Part shown: piece by piece, positions 1 to 8,578 of the stretch
Layout: each line of letters begins with the position of its first letter
Position numbering within the stretch: the stretch's first letter is position 1
Source: a virus
Taxonomy: Duplodnaviria; Caudoviricetes
Virus record (IMG/VR): IMGVR_UViG_3300032275_000001
Location: 45,995 to 109,994 of that record
Reading direction: 5' to 3' (one strand)
DNA: 64,000 bases
Notes under the pieces: model-generated
Told to the model about the DNA's origin: nothing
What the model saw: the letters and a program-made list of their open reading frames with translations, nothing else
Databases searched by the model: none
Program-made: the position numbers and the translations under genes

Positions 1-930
1 TCTAGATATAATCTTGCTATGCAGATTAAACAAGAGTGTTGGGAACTTGTAGGTATGTCTAAACAACGTATGGGATCTGTTTCTGCTTCTGAATCAGCTA
101 CAGGTACAAACACTGCTATGCAACAGAGTTATTCTCAAACAGAGCCTCTATTCGTGGCTCATGAATATGTAATGGGTCAATTGTATCAGAGTATTATAGA
201 TGCTGCTTTATATGTAGAATCATCTAAACCACAATCCACTCTATCATATATTACATCTGAAGGAGAATCTGCATTTGTACAAGTGAATGGAACAGATCTT
301 AGATTTAGAGATTTGAAAGTGTTCCTTACTAACAGACCAGAAGATACACAAATGTTTAATGAGCTTAGACAATTGTCTCAAGCTATTATACAGAATGGTG
401 GCACACTTTATGATGTTGTTGAACTATACAGTTCTAAATCACAAAGAGATCTTAAGAAAACATTCAAAGATCTTAGAGATAGACAAATTGCACAGCAAGA
501 ACAAGCTCAGCAATTACAACAGCAACAACAACAAGCTCAAGAGCAACAAGCTCAAGCTCAACAACAGTTTGCTATACAACAACATCAAGAACAACTTGCT
601 CATGATGATTATCAAAAAGAACTTGATAGACTATCTAAAGAAAAGATTGCCATCATTGCTGCTACTGGATATGGTAATATTGAGAGTGAAGATGTTAATG
701 CTAATGCTATTCCTGATGTAATGGAGATGAGTAGATTAGCTCATGACCAAGAGAAAGCTTCTAAAGACTATGGATTAAAAATGGCTGATATTCAATCTAA
801 GAATAAACAAGCTAGTGATAAAATGTCTATAGAAAAAGAAAAATTAGCAGTGCAAAGAGAGAATATGGCAAATGATGAAAAAATAGCAAAGATAAATGCA
901 AGCAATAGAGCAAATAAAACAAAGAAATAA
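1..930 (+). CDS. Portal protein, C-terminal part (gene begins upstream of window)
   Basis: Frame is open from base 1 (SRYNLAMQIK...). Contains 'ELVGMSKQRMG..S..ATGTNTAMQQS' and a Gln-rich coiled coil. Lies directly upstream of scaffold and MCP as in crAss-like capsid modules. Confidence 0.75.
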   Translation, partial: SRYNLAMQIKQECWELVGMSKQRMGSVSASESATGTNTAMQQSYSQTEPLFVAHEYVMGQLYQSIIDAALYVESSKPQSTLSYITSEGESAFVQVNGTDLRFRDLKVFLTNRPEDTQMFNELRQLSQAIIQNGGTLYDVVELYSSKSQRDLKKTFKDLRDRQIAQQEQAQQLQQQQQQAQEQQAQAQQQFAIQQHQEQLAHDDYQKELDRLSKEKIAIIAATGYGNIESEDVNANAIPDVMEMSRLAHDQEKASKDYGLKMADIQSKNKQASDKMSIEKEKLAVQRENMANDEKIAKINASNRANKTKK

Positions 931-1633
931 AAAAGGTTTAATTTATAAAATAAACTTAAGTGATAAATTTATTATAGGAAGTACTATAAATTATAAAGAA
1001 AGAGTATATCACCATAAGTATTGTTTAATAAATAATAAACATTGTAATAAACCATTACAGTCATTATATAATAAATTAGATAATAAAAATATTAGCTTTG
1101 AAATATTACAAGAAGATATTCCAGAAATTATTTTACAATATGTAGAGGATATTTGGATAGGTGCAAGTTGTAGTAAAATACAAGATAAAAAACAAGGTTT
1201 AAATATAATAGACGGTTCTAGGATTTCTTATACAAAAGAAATGATAGAACATAAAAGAATTATACAAACTGAAAAAATGAAAAATCTTTCAGTAGAAGAT
1301 AAAAAACAAATATATATAAAAGGACAACTTACTAAAAAAGTAAAAATTATAGAAATAGGAGAAAATATATCAAAAGGTAGAAAAAATAATGCAAAGTTTA
1401 ACTGGGATAATAATCAAACAAAACCTGTTACTCAGTTAACAAAAGATGACATAGTTATCAATACATGGTCTTCTGCTTATCAAGTGCAAAAAGAATTAGG
1501 TTTTAGTTCTTCTAAAATCAGTGCTGTTTGTAGAAATAAATATAATTTAAAAACACATAATAACTATAAATGGAGATTCTCTACAATAGAAGAAATAGAA
1601 AATGCTAAAGGACGTAATAACAAAAAAGGTTAA
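896..1633 (+). CDS. Free-standing GIY-YIG-like homing endonuclease with C-terminal NUMOD1-type HTH
   Basis: N-terminal GLIYKI...FIIGST...R..HH...N.H.N..LQ..YNK. C-terminal KPVTQL.KD...INTW.SA...KELG.SSSKISAVC...YKWRF. Very AT-rich and overlaps the portal stop. Confidence 0.8.
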   Translation: MQAIEQIKQRNKKGLIYKINLSDKFIIGSTINYKERVYHHKYCLINNKHCNKPLQSLYNKLDNKNISFEILQEDIPEIILQYVEDIWIGASCSKIQDKKQGLNIIDGSRISYTKEMIEHKRIIQTEKMKNLSVEDKKQIYIKGQLTKKVKIIEIGENISKGRKNNAKFNWDNNQTKPVTQLTKDDIVINTWSSAYQVQKELGFSSSKISAVCRNKYNLKTHNNYKWRFSTIEEIENAKGRNNKKG

Positions 1634-1639
1634 AAAACT

Positions 1640-1657
1640 TCTCCTCTTCGGGGGAGA
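1640..1657 (+). terminator. Hairpin with TTCG loop (terminator or stabilising stem)
   Basis: TCTCCTC-TTCG-GGGGAGA; no U-tract follows on the + strand. Confidence 0.45.
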
Positions 1658-1670
1658 TAAAAATATTAAT

Positions 1671-1743
1671 GCTATATTATCAACAAAATTGAATCACATT
1701 GGCTGATAATGCTTTGATATTCAAAACTCTTATTATACATTTA
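1671..1743 (+). promoter_or_regulatory. Bacteroidota-type promoter with upstream GCTATATTAT motif
   Basis: GCTATATTAT 1671-1680, TTTG 1713-1716, TACATTTA 1736-1743, ahead of the scaffold ATG at 1777. Confidence 0.6.
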
Positions 1744-1776
1744 CACTAAATAAACCAAACACAAATACAACTACAT

Positions 1777-3039
1777 ATGGCTGACAATTTAGAAACTATG
1801 GGAAACTTTAGTATCCAAGATACTATGGAAATGGGAATGGGTAACCAAGAACTATTAAATGACTTGTTTTCTCCTGAAACAGCATCCTCTAATCCAGAAG
1901 ATGTAACTCCTATTATCAATGAGGCTGATGCACCTGCTGCACCTGCTAAACCAGAAGTTCCAAAAGGTAAGGACATTGTTCCTCCAAAGAGCGTTGATGG
2001 TAAAACAGATGAAGAGAAACTAGAAGGTCAATCAATGATCTCTGATTTCTTAAGTGATAACCCTGATGATGAAGAGGAAGACGCTCCAGTATCAAAAGTT
2101 GCAAAATCTGCAACAGTTGATAATGATGATGAATCTGATGAACCAGAAACAACTCAGTTCACAGCTCTTGCTAATGATCTATATAAACTAGGAGTGTTCA
2201 CATCTGAAGATGATGATGATGATCAAGAACCAGTAACTACAGCAGAAGAGTTTTTAGAAAGATTCAATGCTGAGAAGAAAAAAGGTGCTAGTGAAATAGT
2301 ACAAAACTTCATAGGACAATTTGGAGAAGATTATCAAGAAGCGTTTGATGCCATATTTGTAAAAGGAGTTGATCCAAAAGATTACTTCACTACATATAAT
2401 ACTGTTGTTGGATTTGCTGAGATGGATCTTTCTGATGAGACCAATCAAGTTAGAATAATGAAACAAGCTCTAACTAATCAAGGGTTTGATCCAGAAGATA
2501 TAGAAACAGAAGTTGAAAGACTTAAAAACTACGGTGACTTAGAAAGCGTTGCAACTAAACATCACAAGGTGTTGGTTAAAAAAGAAGCAGCTAAGTTACA
2601 AGAATTAGAAGCTAAATCTGCAGCTGAGCTACAACAAAAAGCTCAAGTCAGAAATCAATATATAAGCAATGTGCAATCCATCTTAAATGATAAGGTGAAA
2701 GCAAAAGAGTTTGATGGTATTCCTATCAATCCAAAATTAGCAACAGAACTACAAGACTTCTTATTAGTAGATAAGTGGAAAACTCCATCAGGAGAAACTC
2801 TTACAGACTTTGATCGTGCTATTCTTGATATGAAAAGACCTGAGAACCACGCAATGAAAGTTAAGGTGGGACTTCTTTTAAAGATGTTAGAAAAAGATCC
2901 TACATTATCAACTATACAAAGAACAGGCGTTACAAAGAAATCTAACGAACTGTTTGGAGAAGTTGCAAGACAAGTTACCAAAGCTAAGAGCACTGGTACA
3001 GGAACAAGTAGTGTTAATACAAAATCGTGGTTTCAATAA
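1777..3039 (+). CDS. Putative capsid scaffolding protein
   Basis: Highly acidic, low-complexity N-half and helical C-half; located between portal and MCP. Confidence 0.6.
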   Translation: MADNLETMGNFSIQDTMEMGMGNQELLNDLFSPETASSNPEDVTPIINEADAPAAPAKPEVPKGKDIVPPKSVDGKTDEEKLEGQSMISDFLSDNPDDEEEDAPVSKVAKSATVDNDDESDEPETTQFTALANDLYKLGVFTSEDDDDDQEPVTTAEEFLERFNAEKKKGASEIVQNFIGQFGEDYQEAFDAIFVKGVDPKDYFTTYNTVVGFAEMDLSDETNQVRIMKQALTNQGFDPEDIETEVERLKNYGDLESVATKHHKVLVKKEAAKLQELEAKSAAELQQKAQVRNQYISNVQSILNDKVKAKEFDGIPINPKLATELQDFLLVDKWKTPSGETLTDFDRAILDMKRPENHAMKVKVGLLLKMLEKDPTLSTIQRTGVTKKSNELFGEVARQVTKAKSTGTGTSSVNTKSWFQ

Positions 3040-3068
3040 CAAATTAATAATTAATAAATTCAAATAAA

Positions 3069-4631
3069 ATGGCAGTTCAAACAATCCCTGGGTTAACTGG
3101 TTTTACTTATGCTCGTGTAGCGTCTATGGACAAGCGTGCAGTAGGTAAACTTACAGACTCGAATCACTTGGAAAGTTTTCACTCTACTGAGCCTGCGGAC
3201 TATGATAAAAAAATCATCAGTCTTTATACCCAGAGTTCATTGTACAGTAATGACTTTCTTGACATGATTAACAAAAGCACACCTTATTACATAGATAATA
3301 ATAGTGATGCCTGGAAATGGCAAGTATCAGTTCCTTACAAATTCCCAAAAATTATTGACATCCCTGCTTCTACGCAAGATTTAATTGCAACTGGAAAAAC
3401 AGGTATTGATGGTCAAGAATTCCAATTAGTATTAGATACTAATGAGTTCTCTAAAAACGCTATCATCTCTGTAGGTACACGTCAATATGGTCCACGTTTC
3501 TACGTGATCAAAGATCCTATGCCTTGGAATGCAGGATATTTGTATTCATTCACTCTTGTGACTGACAATCCTACTATCGATTTCGTTAATCCTTTATTCT
3601 TACAATATGGTATCGAACTTGAATTAGTTGATGCAGCTATTGGAGAATTTGATCAAGACTTATTAGGTCTTCCAAGATTAGGTGAGCAAATCACAATGTT
3701 CGAATCTTTAGGTTCTGGATATGGATATGAGCACAAAATTACAGAATGGGCTGATGATAAAATGATGGTTGATGCTTCAGGTAAACCTCTTGACATTTTA
3801 GTATATGCTCCCCAAAGACGTAACCAATTACCGCTTACACGTAATGATGTTAAATGGGAACCGTTCATTGAGTTCTGGATGCGTAAATCTATGTTGGAAT
3901 TGAAAGTTAAACGTATGATCTGGGCTAAACCAGGTACAGTTAAAACTAACGGTTCTAAACAAGAAGTTAAACGTACATCTGCAGGTGTTTACCACAGAAT
4001 GCGTAACAATGGTAACTTAGTACAATATAACAGAGGTGAATTCTCTGCTAACTTGATTCGTTCAGTATTTGGTGATCTTTTCTACAGAAGAGTGGATGTT
4101 AAAGACAGACGAGTTAAAATGTACACTAACGAAGCTGGATTCGATGTATTCCAACAAGCTTTGAAAACTGATGCATTAAATTCAGGTCTTACTTTTATGG
4201 CAGATTCTGGAAACAGATACATGCAAGGTGAAGGACAACATATCACTTACAACTTTGCATTTGATGCAATGGTTACACGTGAGACTGGTCGTGTTGAACT
4301 TATTCACTTGAAAGAATTAGATTTACCACAAACTAACCTAGAGTTTGGACAAAACAAAAAATCTACTCCAGTATTTATGGTGTTTGATGTTTCTCCAATG
4401 GGTGATGGTTCTATGGTAAATAACATTAGAGAAGTGAGAATGAAAGGTGCTCCTTCTATGACTTGGGGTTATATTGATGGTACTCGTCACCACTTAGGTT
4501 TTGCTAAGTCTCAAGGTATGAGTTCAGCTAACAAATTCCCAGGATACGAAATCTGGATGAAGGACAGATGTGATGTATTTATTGAAGATTTATCAAGAAC
4601 TGTGTTGATTGAGGAAATCCCACAATTCTAA
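3069..4631 (+). CDS. Major capsid protein (crAss-like)
   Basis: 520 aa with highly-expressed codon bias (many CGT), position after portal and scaffold, and sequence character of crAss-like MCPs. Confidence 0.85.
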   Translation: MAVQTIPGLTGFTYARVASMDKRAVGKLTDSNHLESFHSTEPADYDKKIISLYTQSSLYSNDFLDMINKSTPYYIDNNSDAWKWQVSVPYKFPKIIDIPASTQDLIATGKTGIDGQEFQLVLDTNEFSKNAIISVGTRQYGPRFYVIKDPMPWNAGYLYSFTLVTDNPTIDFVNPLFLQYGIELELVDAAIGEFDQDLLGLPRLGEQITMFESLGSGYGYEHKITEWADDKMMVDASGKPLDILVYAPQRRNQLPLTRNDVKWEPFIEFWMRKSMLELKVKRMIWAKPGTVKTNGSKQEVKRTSAGVYHRMRNNGNLVQYNRGEFSANLIRSVFGDLFYRRVDVKDRRVKMYTNEAGFDVFQQALKTDALNSGLTFMADSGNRYMQGEGQHITYNFAFDAMVTRETGRVELIHLKELDLPQTNLEFGQNKKSTPVFMVFDVSPMGDGSMVNNIREVRMKGAPSMTWGYIDGTRHHLGFAKSQGMSSANKFPGYEIWMKDRCDVFIEDLSRTVLIEEIPQF

Positions 4632-4687
4632 TAATAATAGTAGTTGTATTGCTTCCCATTATAGAACAGCATACATCTCTTTTTTCC

Positions 4688-4793
4688 GAGAAGAATCCCC
4701 TCACCTCCTCTCCCTCCTAGAGGGGAAGCTTCTCAAATTAGAGTGATGGATTGTGGTGTCCACAGTCGCATTCCATTCAATTGGAACACTCTG
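4688..4793 (+). ncRNA. Candidate structured RNA: hairpin with CCUCCU-rich loop followed by a tRNA-like three-way junction
   Basis: GAGAAG/CTTCTC and TCCCCTC/GAGGGGA stems. Then TAGAGTG/CACTCTG encloses GATTGTGG/CCACAGTC and TTCCA/TGGAA arms. GC-rich island in AT-rich intergenic DNA. Confidence 0.45.
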
Positions 4794-4796
4794 CAA

Positions 4797-4867
4797 GGCG
4801 GTTTAGTGTAATTGGTAGCATATCGGGCTCATAACCCAATGGCCAGGTTCGAGTCCTGAATCCGCAA
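4797..4867 (+). tRNA. tRNA-Met(CAT), initiator-like, several stem mismatches, no encoded CCA
   Basis: Acceptor GGCGGTT/ATCCGCA, D-arm GTGT-AATTGGTA-GCAT, anticodon arm TCGGG-CTCATAA-CCCAA with three G-C pairs, T-loop GGTTCGAGTCC. Confidence 0.85.
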
Positions 4868-4902
4868 CTAAAATAAACCAAATAAATTAAATTAACTACA
4901 TT

Positions 4903-5871
4903 ATGGGTAAGACTGGAAAAATCTCTACGATCAAACGTGAGTATAATAGTTCGCAATTGCAAACAATGGACAGTGGGCTAGCACAAAAAGGAATGACAAG
5001 AATCCCTGGAACAGGAGTATTCAAATATCCTTACAAAGAATTAGATGGTAAGTACAGAACAGGATTAGATCCTACTGCTTCATATATCAGAAGAATTTCA
5101 GATCCTCTAGAAAAAGAGTTAGAAATTGAGAGAGTTACTAAACTTAAGGCTAAGCTTGAGTATGATTTAGGAGATATTGATTTAGGACCTCGTTCACAAT
5201 TCTGGAACTATGGGCTATCAACTTCTACAGATGACCAGACTCACGTACAATCTGTTAAATTAATGGATGGTGATAACTTCTTTGATCTATCAGTTCCTTT
5301 TCAAGAGATAGCCTTTTCATGGTTAAGAGTACATCCAACAATTGCATCAAGTCACCAAGCTTGGGAAAGAGGTGAGTATCCAGCAGAGACACAGTTCTAT
5401 GTTGTAGATGATGAGATTGAGAATGCAGTTATATACAAGAAAAAACAATTGATTAACAAAGCAATTGTTATGTTTGATTCAATGACTCCTGAAAAGAAAA
5501 AGAAAGTTGCAAGACTTTTAGGACTTCCAGTAACAGAAGAAACCAAAGAAGAAGTTGTTTACAATCAAGTAGATAACGTATTGAAACAAACAGAATTTAA
5601 GAATGGAAAATATTTAGGATTAAATCCAGTTGAAGTGTTCAATAGATTTGCTAATATGAAAGATGACTTACTCCATATTAAAGATTTAGTTAAACAAGCA
5701 ACAGCACATTCAGTATATAGAATCAAACCTAATGGTAAGATATATGAAGGTGAATATGAAGTGGCAAAAGATGAAGATGACTTAGTTAGATTCTTAGCTG
5801 ATGATGATAACCAAGATGAGTTGTTGATATTAGAAGGTAAATTAAAAACTAAAAAACTAGCTTCTGTTTAA
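4903..5871 (+). CDS. Conserved crAss-like capsid-module protein downstream of MCP (function unknown)
   Basis: 322-aa ORF with phage codon usage; syntenic position. Confidence 0.6.
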   Translation: MGKTGKISTIKREYNSSQLQTMDSGLAQKGMTRIPGTGVFKYPYKELDGKYRTGLDPTASYIRRISDPLEKELEIERVTKLKAKLEYDLGDIDLGPRSQFWNYGLSTSTDDQTHVQSVKLMDGDNFFDLSVPFQEIAFSWLRVHPTIASSHQAWERGEYPAETQFYVVDDEIENAVIYKKKQLINKAIVMFDSMTPEKKKKVARLLGLPVTEETKEEVVYNQVDNVLKQTEFKNGKYLGLNPVEVFNRFANMKDDLLHIKDLVKQATAHSVYRIKPNGKIYEGEYEVAKDEDDLVRFLADDDNQDELLILEGKLKTKKLASV

Positions 5872-5883
5872 GGGGCTAGTTTT
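5853..5883 (+). terminator. Rho-independent terminator or attenuator hairpin
   Basis: AAAACTAGCTTCT / AGGGGCTAGTTTT spanning the stop codon. Confidence 0.5.
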
Positions 5884-5899
5884 AAAAATATAAAAGCAT

Positions 5900-6631
5900 A
5901 TGATCCCAGTAGATAGTTTATTATATAAAGTAGATCAAAGACTAAATAAACTATCAACTAATGAGCACCAACAGATTCAATTAGAAGATAAGATTTTAGC
6001 TTTGAACGAAGCTCAGATTAAGTTGATAAAACAAAAGATTGATGGTATAAGTGTTACTAGTGGATTAGGAATGGATTCTTTTAAAAAGCGTTACGAAGAT
6101 TTACAAAGCTTAGTAATGAATTATAATCACCAACCTTTAACATTAACATTAAAAGATCGTGATTTGAATCAATGGGCTGCTAACATTCATTTACTTGAAC
6201 CTAAGTATATGTTTTATGTTGACAGTTATGCATTAGCTGATAAAGGTAGATGTAAAGATAGAAAGATATGGATTAACCGAGATCTTGCTAAACATGGTGA
6301 TCTTCAATTCATATTAAACAATGAGCATTACAAACCTTCATTTGAGTACCAAGAAACATTTAACTTCTTAGCATCGGATGAAATCTCAATTTTTACTGAT
6401 GGTACCTTTACCCCTAAGAATCTACAAATAATGTATATGAGATATCCTCTTTATATTAATAAAACAGGATATATAATGTTAGATGGTAATCCATCATTTG
6501 ATCAAGACTGTGAGCTTGAAACATACTTAGAAGATGAACTTCTAGATCTTACAGTTCAGAATCTAGCAATGTATACTGAAAACTCTGCTGCAGTACAAAG
6601 TGCACAGTTCAGAATACAAACAAACGAATAA
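5900..6631 (+). CDS. Putative tail ring (head-tail adaptor) protein
   Basis: 243 aa with 'LNEAQIKLIKQK', 'Y.RYP' and 'DCEL...LEDELLDLTVQ' typical of crAss-like ring proteins; synteny. Confidence 0.6.
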   Translation: MIPVDSLLYKVDQRLNKLSTNEHQQIQLEDKILALNEAQIKLIKQKIDGISVTSGLGMDSFKKRYEDLQSLVMNYNHQPLTLTLKDRDLNQWAANIHLLEPKYMFYVDSYALADKGRCKDRKIWINRDLAKHGDLQFILNNEHYKPSFEYQETFNFLASDEISIFTDGTFTPKNLQIMYMRYPLYINKTGYIMLDGNPSFDQDCELETYLEDELLDLTVQNLAMYTENSAAVQSAQFRIQTNE

Positions 6632-6655
6632 ACTATTAATTTAAATAAATAAACA

Positions 6656-7825
6656 ATGGCTGATTTTTCATTAACCACGTTATTCGTGGTTCCAGTAGGG
6701 CAAGCAACGATCCCTAGCTCTGGTACGAGTTCAACACAAGACCTTACTGCAGGTATTGTGGGCATTTTTAGCAACAACTATGTTCCTGTTAATTCAGGTA
6801 CAATTGCTGCTTCTCCTTATTTCTACATTGCACAAGGAAGAGAAAACACTTACCTTCAAGGTTCTAAAAGATCTGATAAGATATCAGGTAAAAACAATGC
6901 TGGTACAGGAAGTAATGTAACTGAATGGTACAAAGTAACAGGATGCCCAACTGCGGCAAACCAAATTACTGATGTAACTAACTTCTCTGCACAATGTGGT
7001 GATACAATCACACTTACACTTCGTGCTGACAGTTCTTACCTTAGAACTCTTTATTTCAACGGATTTACACGTTCAGTAACTATTCAAGCACCTTGTTGTG
7101 ATTGTGGTGATGATCCATGTGTTGATGTTGATGTAAATGATTTGATTAATCAATTCATTGCAAAATTAACTGCACAAGCTCCTGGTATCAATCCTGACAA
7201 CATTAGCTTGAACAACTTCTACACATTTGAAAATTTTGATGGAACTACTCTGCGTATTACAGGAAAACCTTTAACTCAATATGGACAACCATGTGATGTT
7301 GCTGCGTTCCCTTTTGAATATGACAGAATGACTTTTAGAACTTTTGTATATGCTGGCCCAGCTACTACTGCTGACTTCATTGTTGCAGATTCTTGTAACA
7401 TTGTTGCTAATGCTGTCATCACTCAACGTTCTTCTTATGCTTCAGGACAAGCTGCAGAATTTATCCAATTGGAGAAAAACTTCTATAGCTACCAAGCTGG
7501 TTACTTGAAACACCTTTACAGAATGAATGGTTACAATGAGAACTTTGAGTCTTATGTTTCTGCTGGTAAAACTTATAATTCATTCTATATCAAATTTAAT
7601 GAATATGATAAGTCTGCTTACCAATGGGGTGATTATATCCAAGAAGATTCTACAGTGATTATTGCTATCCCTCAAGGTGGTTATGATCTTACTAGTGACT
7701 TCCAAGATATTTTAGAAGCTGCTTTAGGAACTGTTACAGATGGTAATGATTGTGTAATCACAACCACTACTACATCAACTGCTGCTCCTAGTACAACAAC
7801 AACATCTTCTACTAACATTCCTTAA
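6656..7825 (+). CDS. Putative auxiliary capsid protein with C-terminal Thr/Ser tail
   Basis: Highly-expressed codon bias, followed by a strong terminator, syntenic with the crAss-like auxiliary capsid gene. Ends ITTTTTSTAAPSTTTTSSTNIP. Confidence 0.6.
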   Translation: MADFSLTTLFVVPVGQATIPSSGTSSTQDLTAGIVGIFSNNYVPVNSGTIAASPYFYIAQGRENTYLQGSKRSDKISGKNNAGTGSNVTEWYKVTGCPTAANQITDVTNFSAQCGDTITLTLRADSSYLRTLYFNGFTRSVTIQAPCCDCGDDPCVDVDVNDLINQFIAKLTAQAPGINPDNISLNNFYTFENFDGTTLRITGKPLTQYGQPCDVAAFPFEYDRMTFRTFVYAGPATTADFIVADSCNIVANAVITQRSSYASGQAAEFIQLEKNFYSYQAGYLKHLYRMNGYNENFESYVSAGKTYNSFYIKFNEYDKSAYQWGDYIQEDSTVIIAIPQGGYDLTSDFQDILEAALGTVTDGNDCVITTTTTSTAAPSTTTTSSTNIP

Positions 7826-7857
7826 GGATAAGTAGAAAATAATAAATTCCTAGTATC

Positions 7858-7895
7858 AAGGGGAGATGAGTTAACAAACGCTCTCTCCCCTTTTT
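7858..7895 (+). terminator. Rho-independent terminator
   Basis: AAGGGGAGA(T)GAG ... CTCTCTCCCCTT followed by a T-run. Confidence 0.7.
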
Positions 7896-7917
7896 ATTAA
7901 CCTTCAAAAACAAAATC

Positions 7918-8481
7918 ATGGCAGATTTAAAATTAGATATAATTGTAGTACCTACATATAGTACATTGACACTTGGAGTGATGGACGCTTCAACCTATCC
8001 AACAGATCCACCAGATGTTGAGAGCCCATCTATAAAGATAACTGTTCCTGGATTTGGTGATACAACATTACCATTTGATATAAATTCATTTAATTTATAT
8101 ACCACTGCAAATCTTGGGATTACTGAAGTGGGTAGCGAACAACCTCTACCTGATGGAATATATAGATTACGTTATTCTATTGCACCAGCATATTTAAACT
8201 TTGTAGAAAGAACAATAATGCGTACAGAAAGAATACAAGAGAAGTTTGATAGAGCTTTTCTTCAATTGGATTTAATGGAATGTGATAGAGCAATTAAAAC
8301 ACAATCTACCGTTACATTAAACACAATCAACTTTTTTATACAAGGATCAATTGCTGCAGGTAATAACTGTGCTGAATATGAGGCAACTAGATTATATAAT
8401 CAAGCAGATAATATGTTAAATAGTTTTTTAAAATCTAACTGTGGTTGTTCAGGTAACAACTATCAAATTAATTTTAATTAA
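7918..8481 (+). CDS. Putative tail hub / fibre-attachment protein
   Basis: 187 aa with 'LPDGIY.L.YS' motif and C-terminal CGC; synteny. Confidence 0.5.
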   Translation: MADLKLDIIVVPTYSTLTLGVMDASTYPTDPPDVESPSIKITVPGFGDTTLPFDINSFNLYTTANLGITEVGSEQPLPDGIYRLRYSIAPAYLNFVERTIMRTERIQEKFDRAFLQLDLMECDRAIKTQSTVTLNTINFFIQGSIAAGNNCAEYEATRLYNQADNMLNSFLKSNCGCSGNNYQINFN

Positions 8482-8483
8482 TC

Positions 8484-8573
8484 ATGGCACAATGTAATTC
8501 ATGTGGAGCTAATGTAGGATGTGGATGTCAATTAAAAAATGGACTATGCGCTACATGCGCAGCTAAAAAATAA
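8484..8573 (+). CDS. 29-aa Cys-rich microprotein (not in ORF track)
   Basis: MAQCNSCGANVGCGCQLKNGLCATCAAKK; fills the gap between two genes exactly. Confidence 0.65.
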   Translation: MAQCNSCGANVGCGCQLKNGLCATCAAKK

Positions 8574-8578
8574 TAAAT

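Noticed and set aside
484-600. CAA/CAG-rich repeat
   Set aside because: Encodes the ordinary Gln-rich coiled coil of the portal C-terminus.
4740-4792. Hammerhead ribozyme (TGATG next to a three-way junction)
   Set aside because: Lacks the CUGANGA and GAAA core and the NUH cleavage triplet in the required positions.
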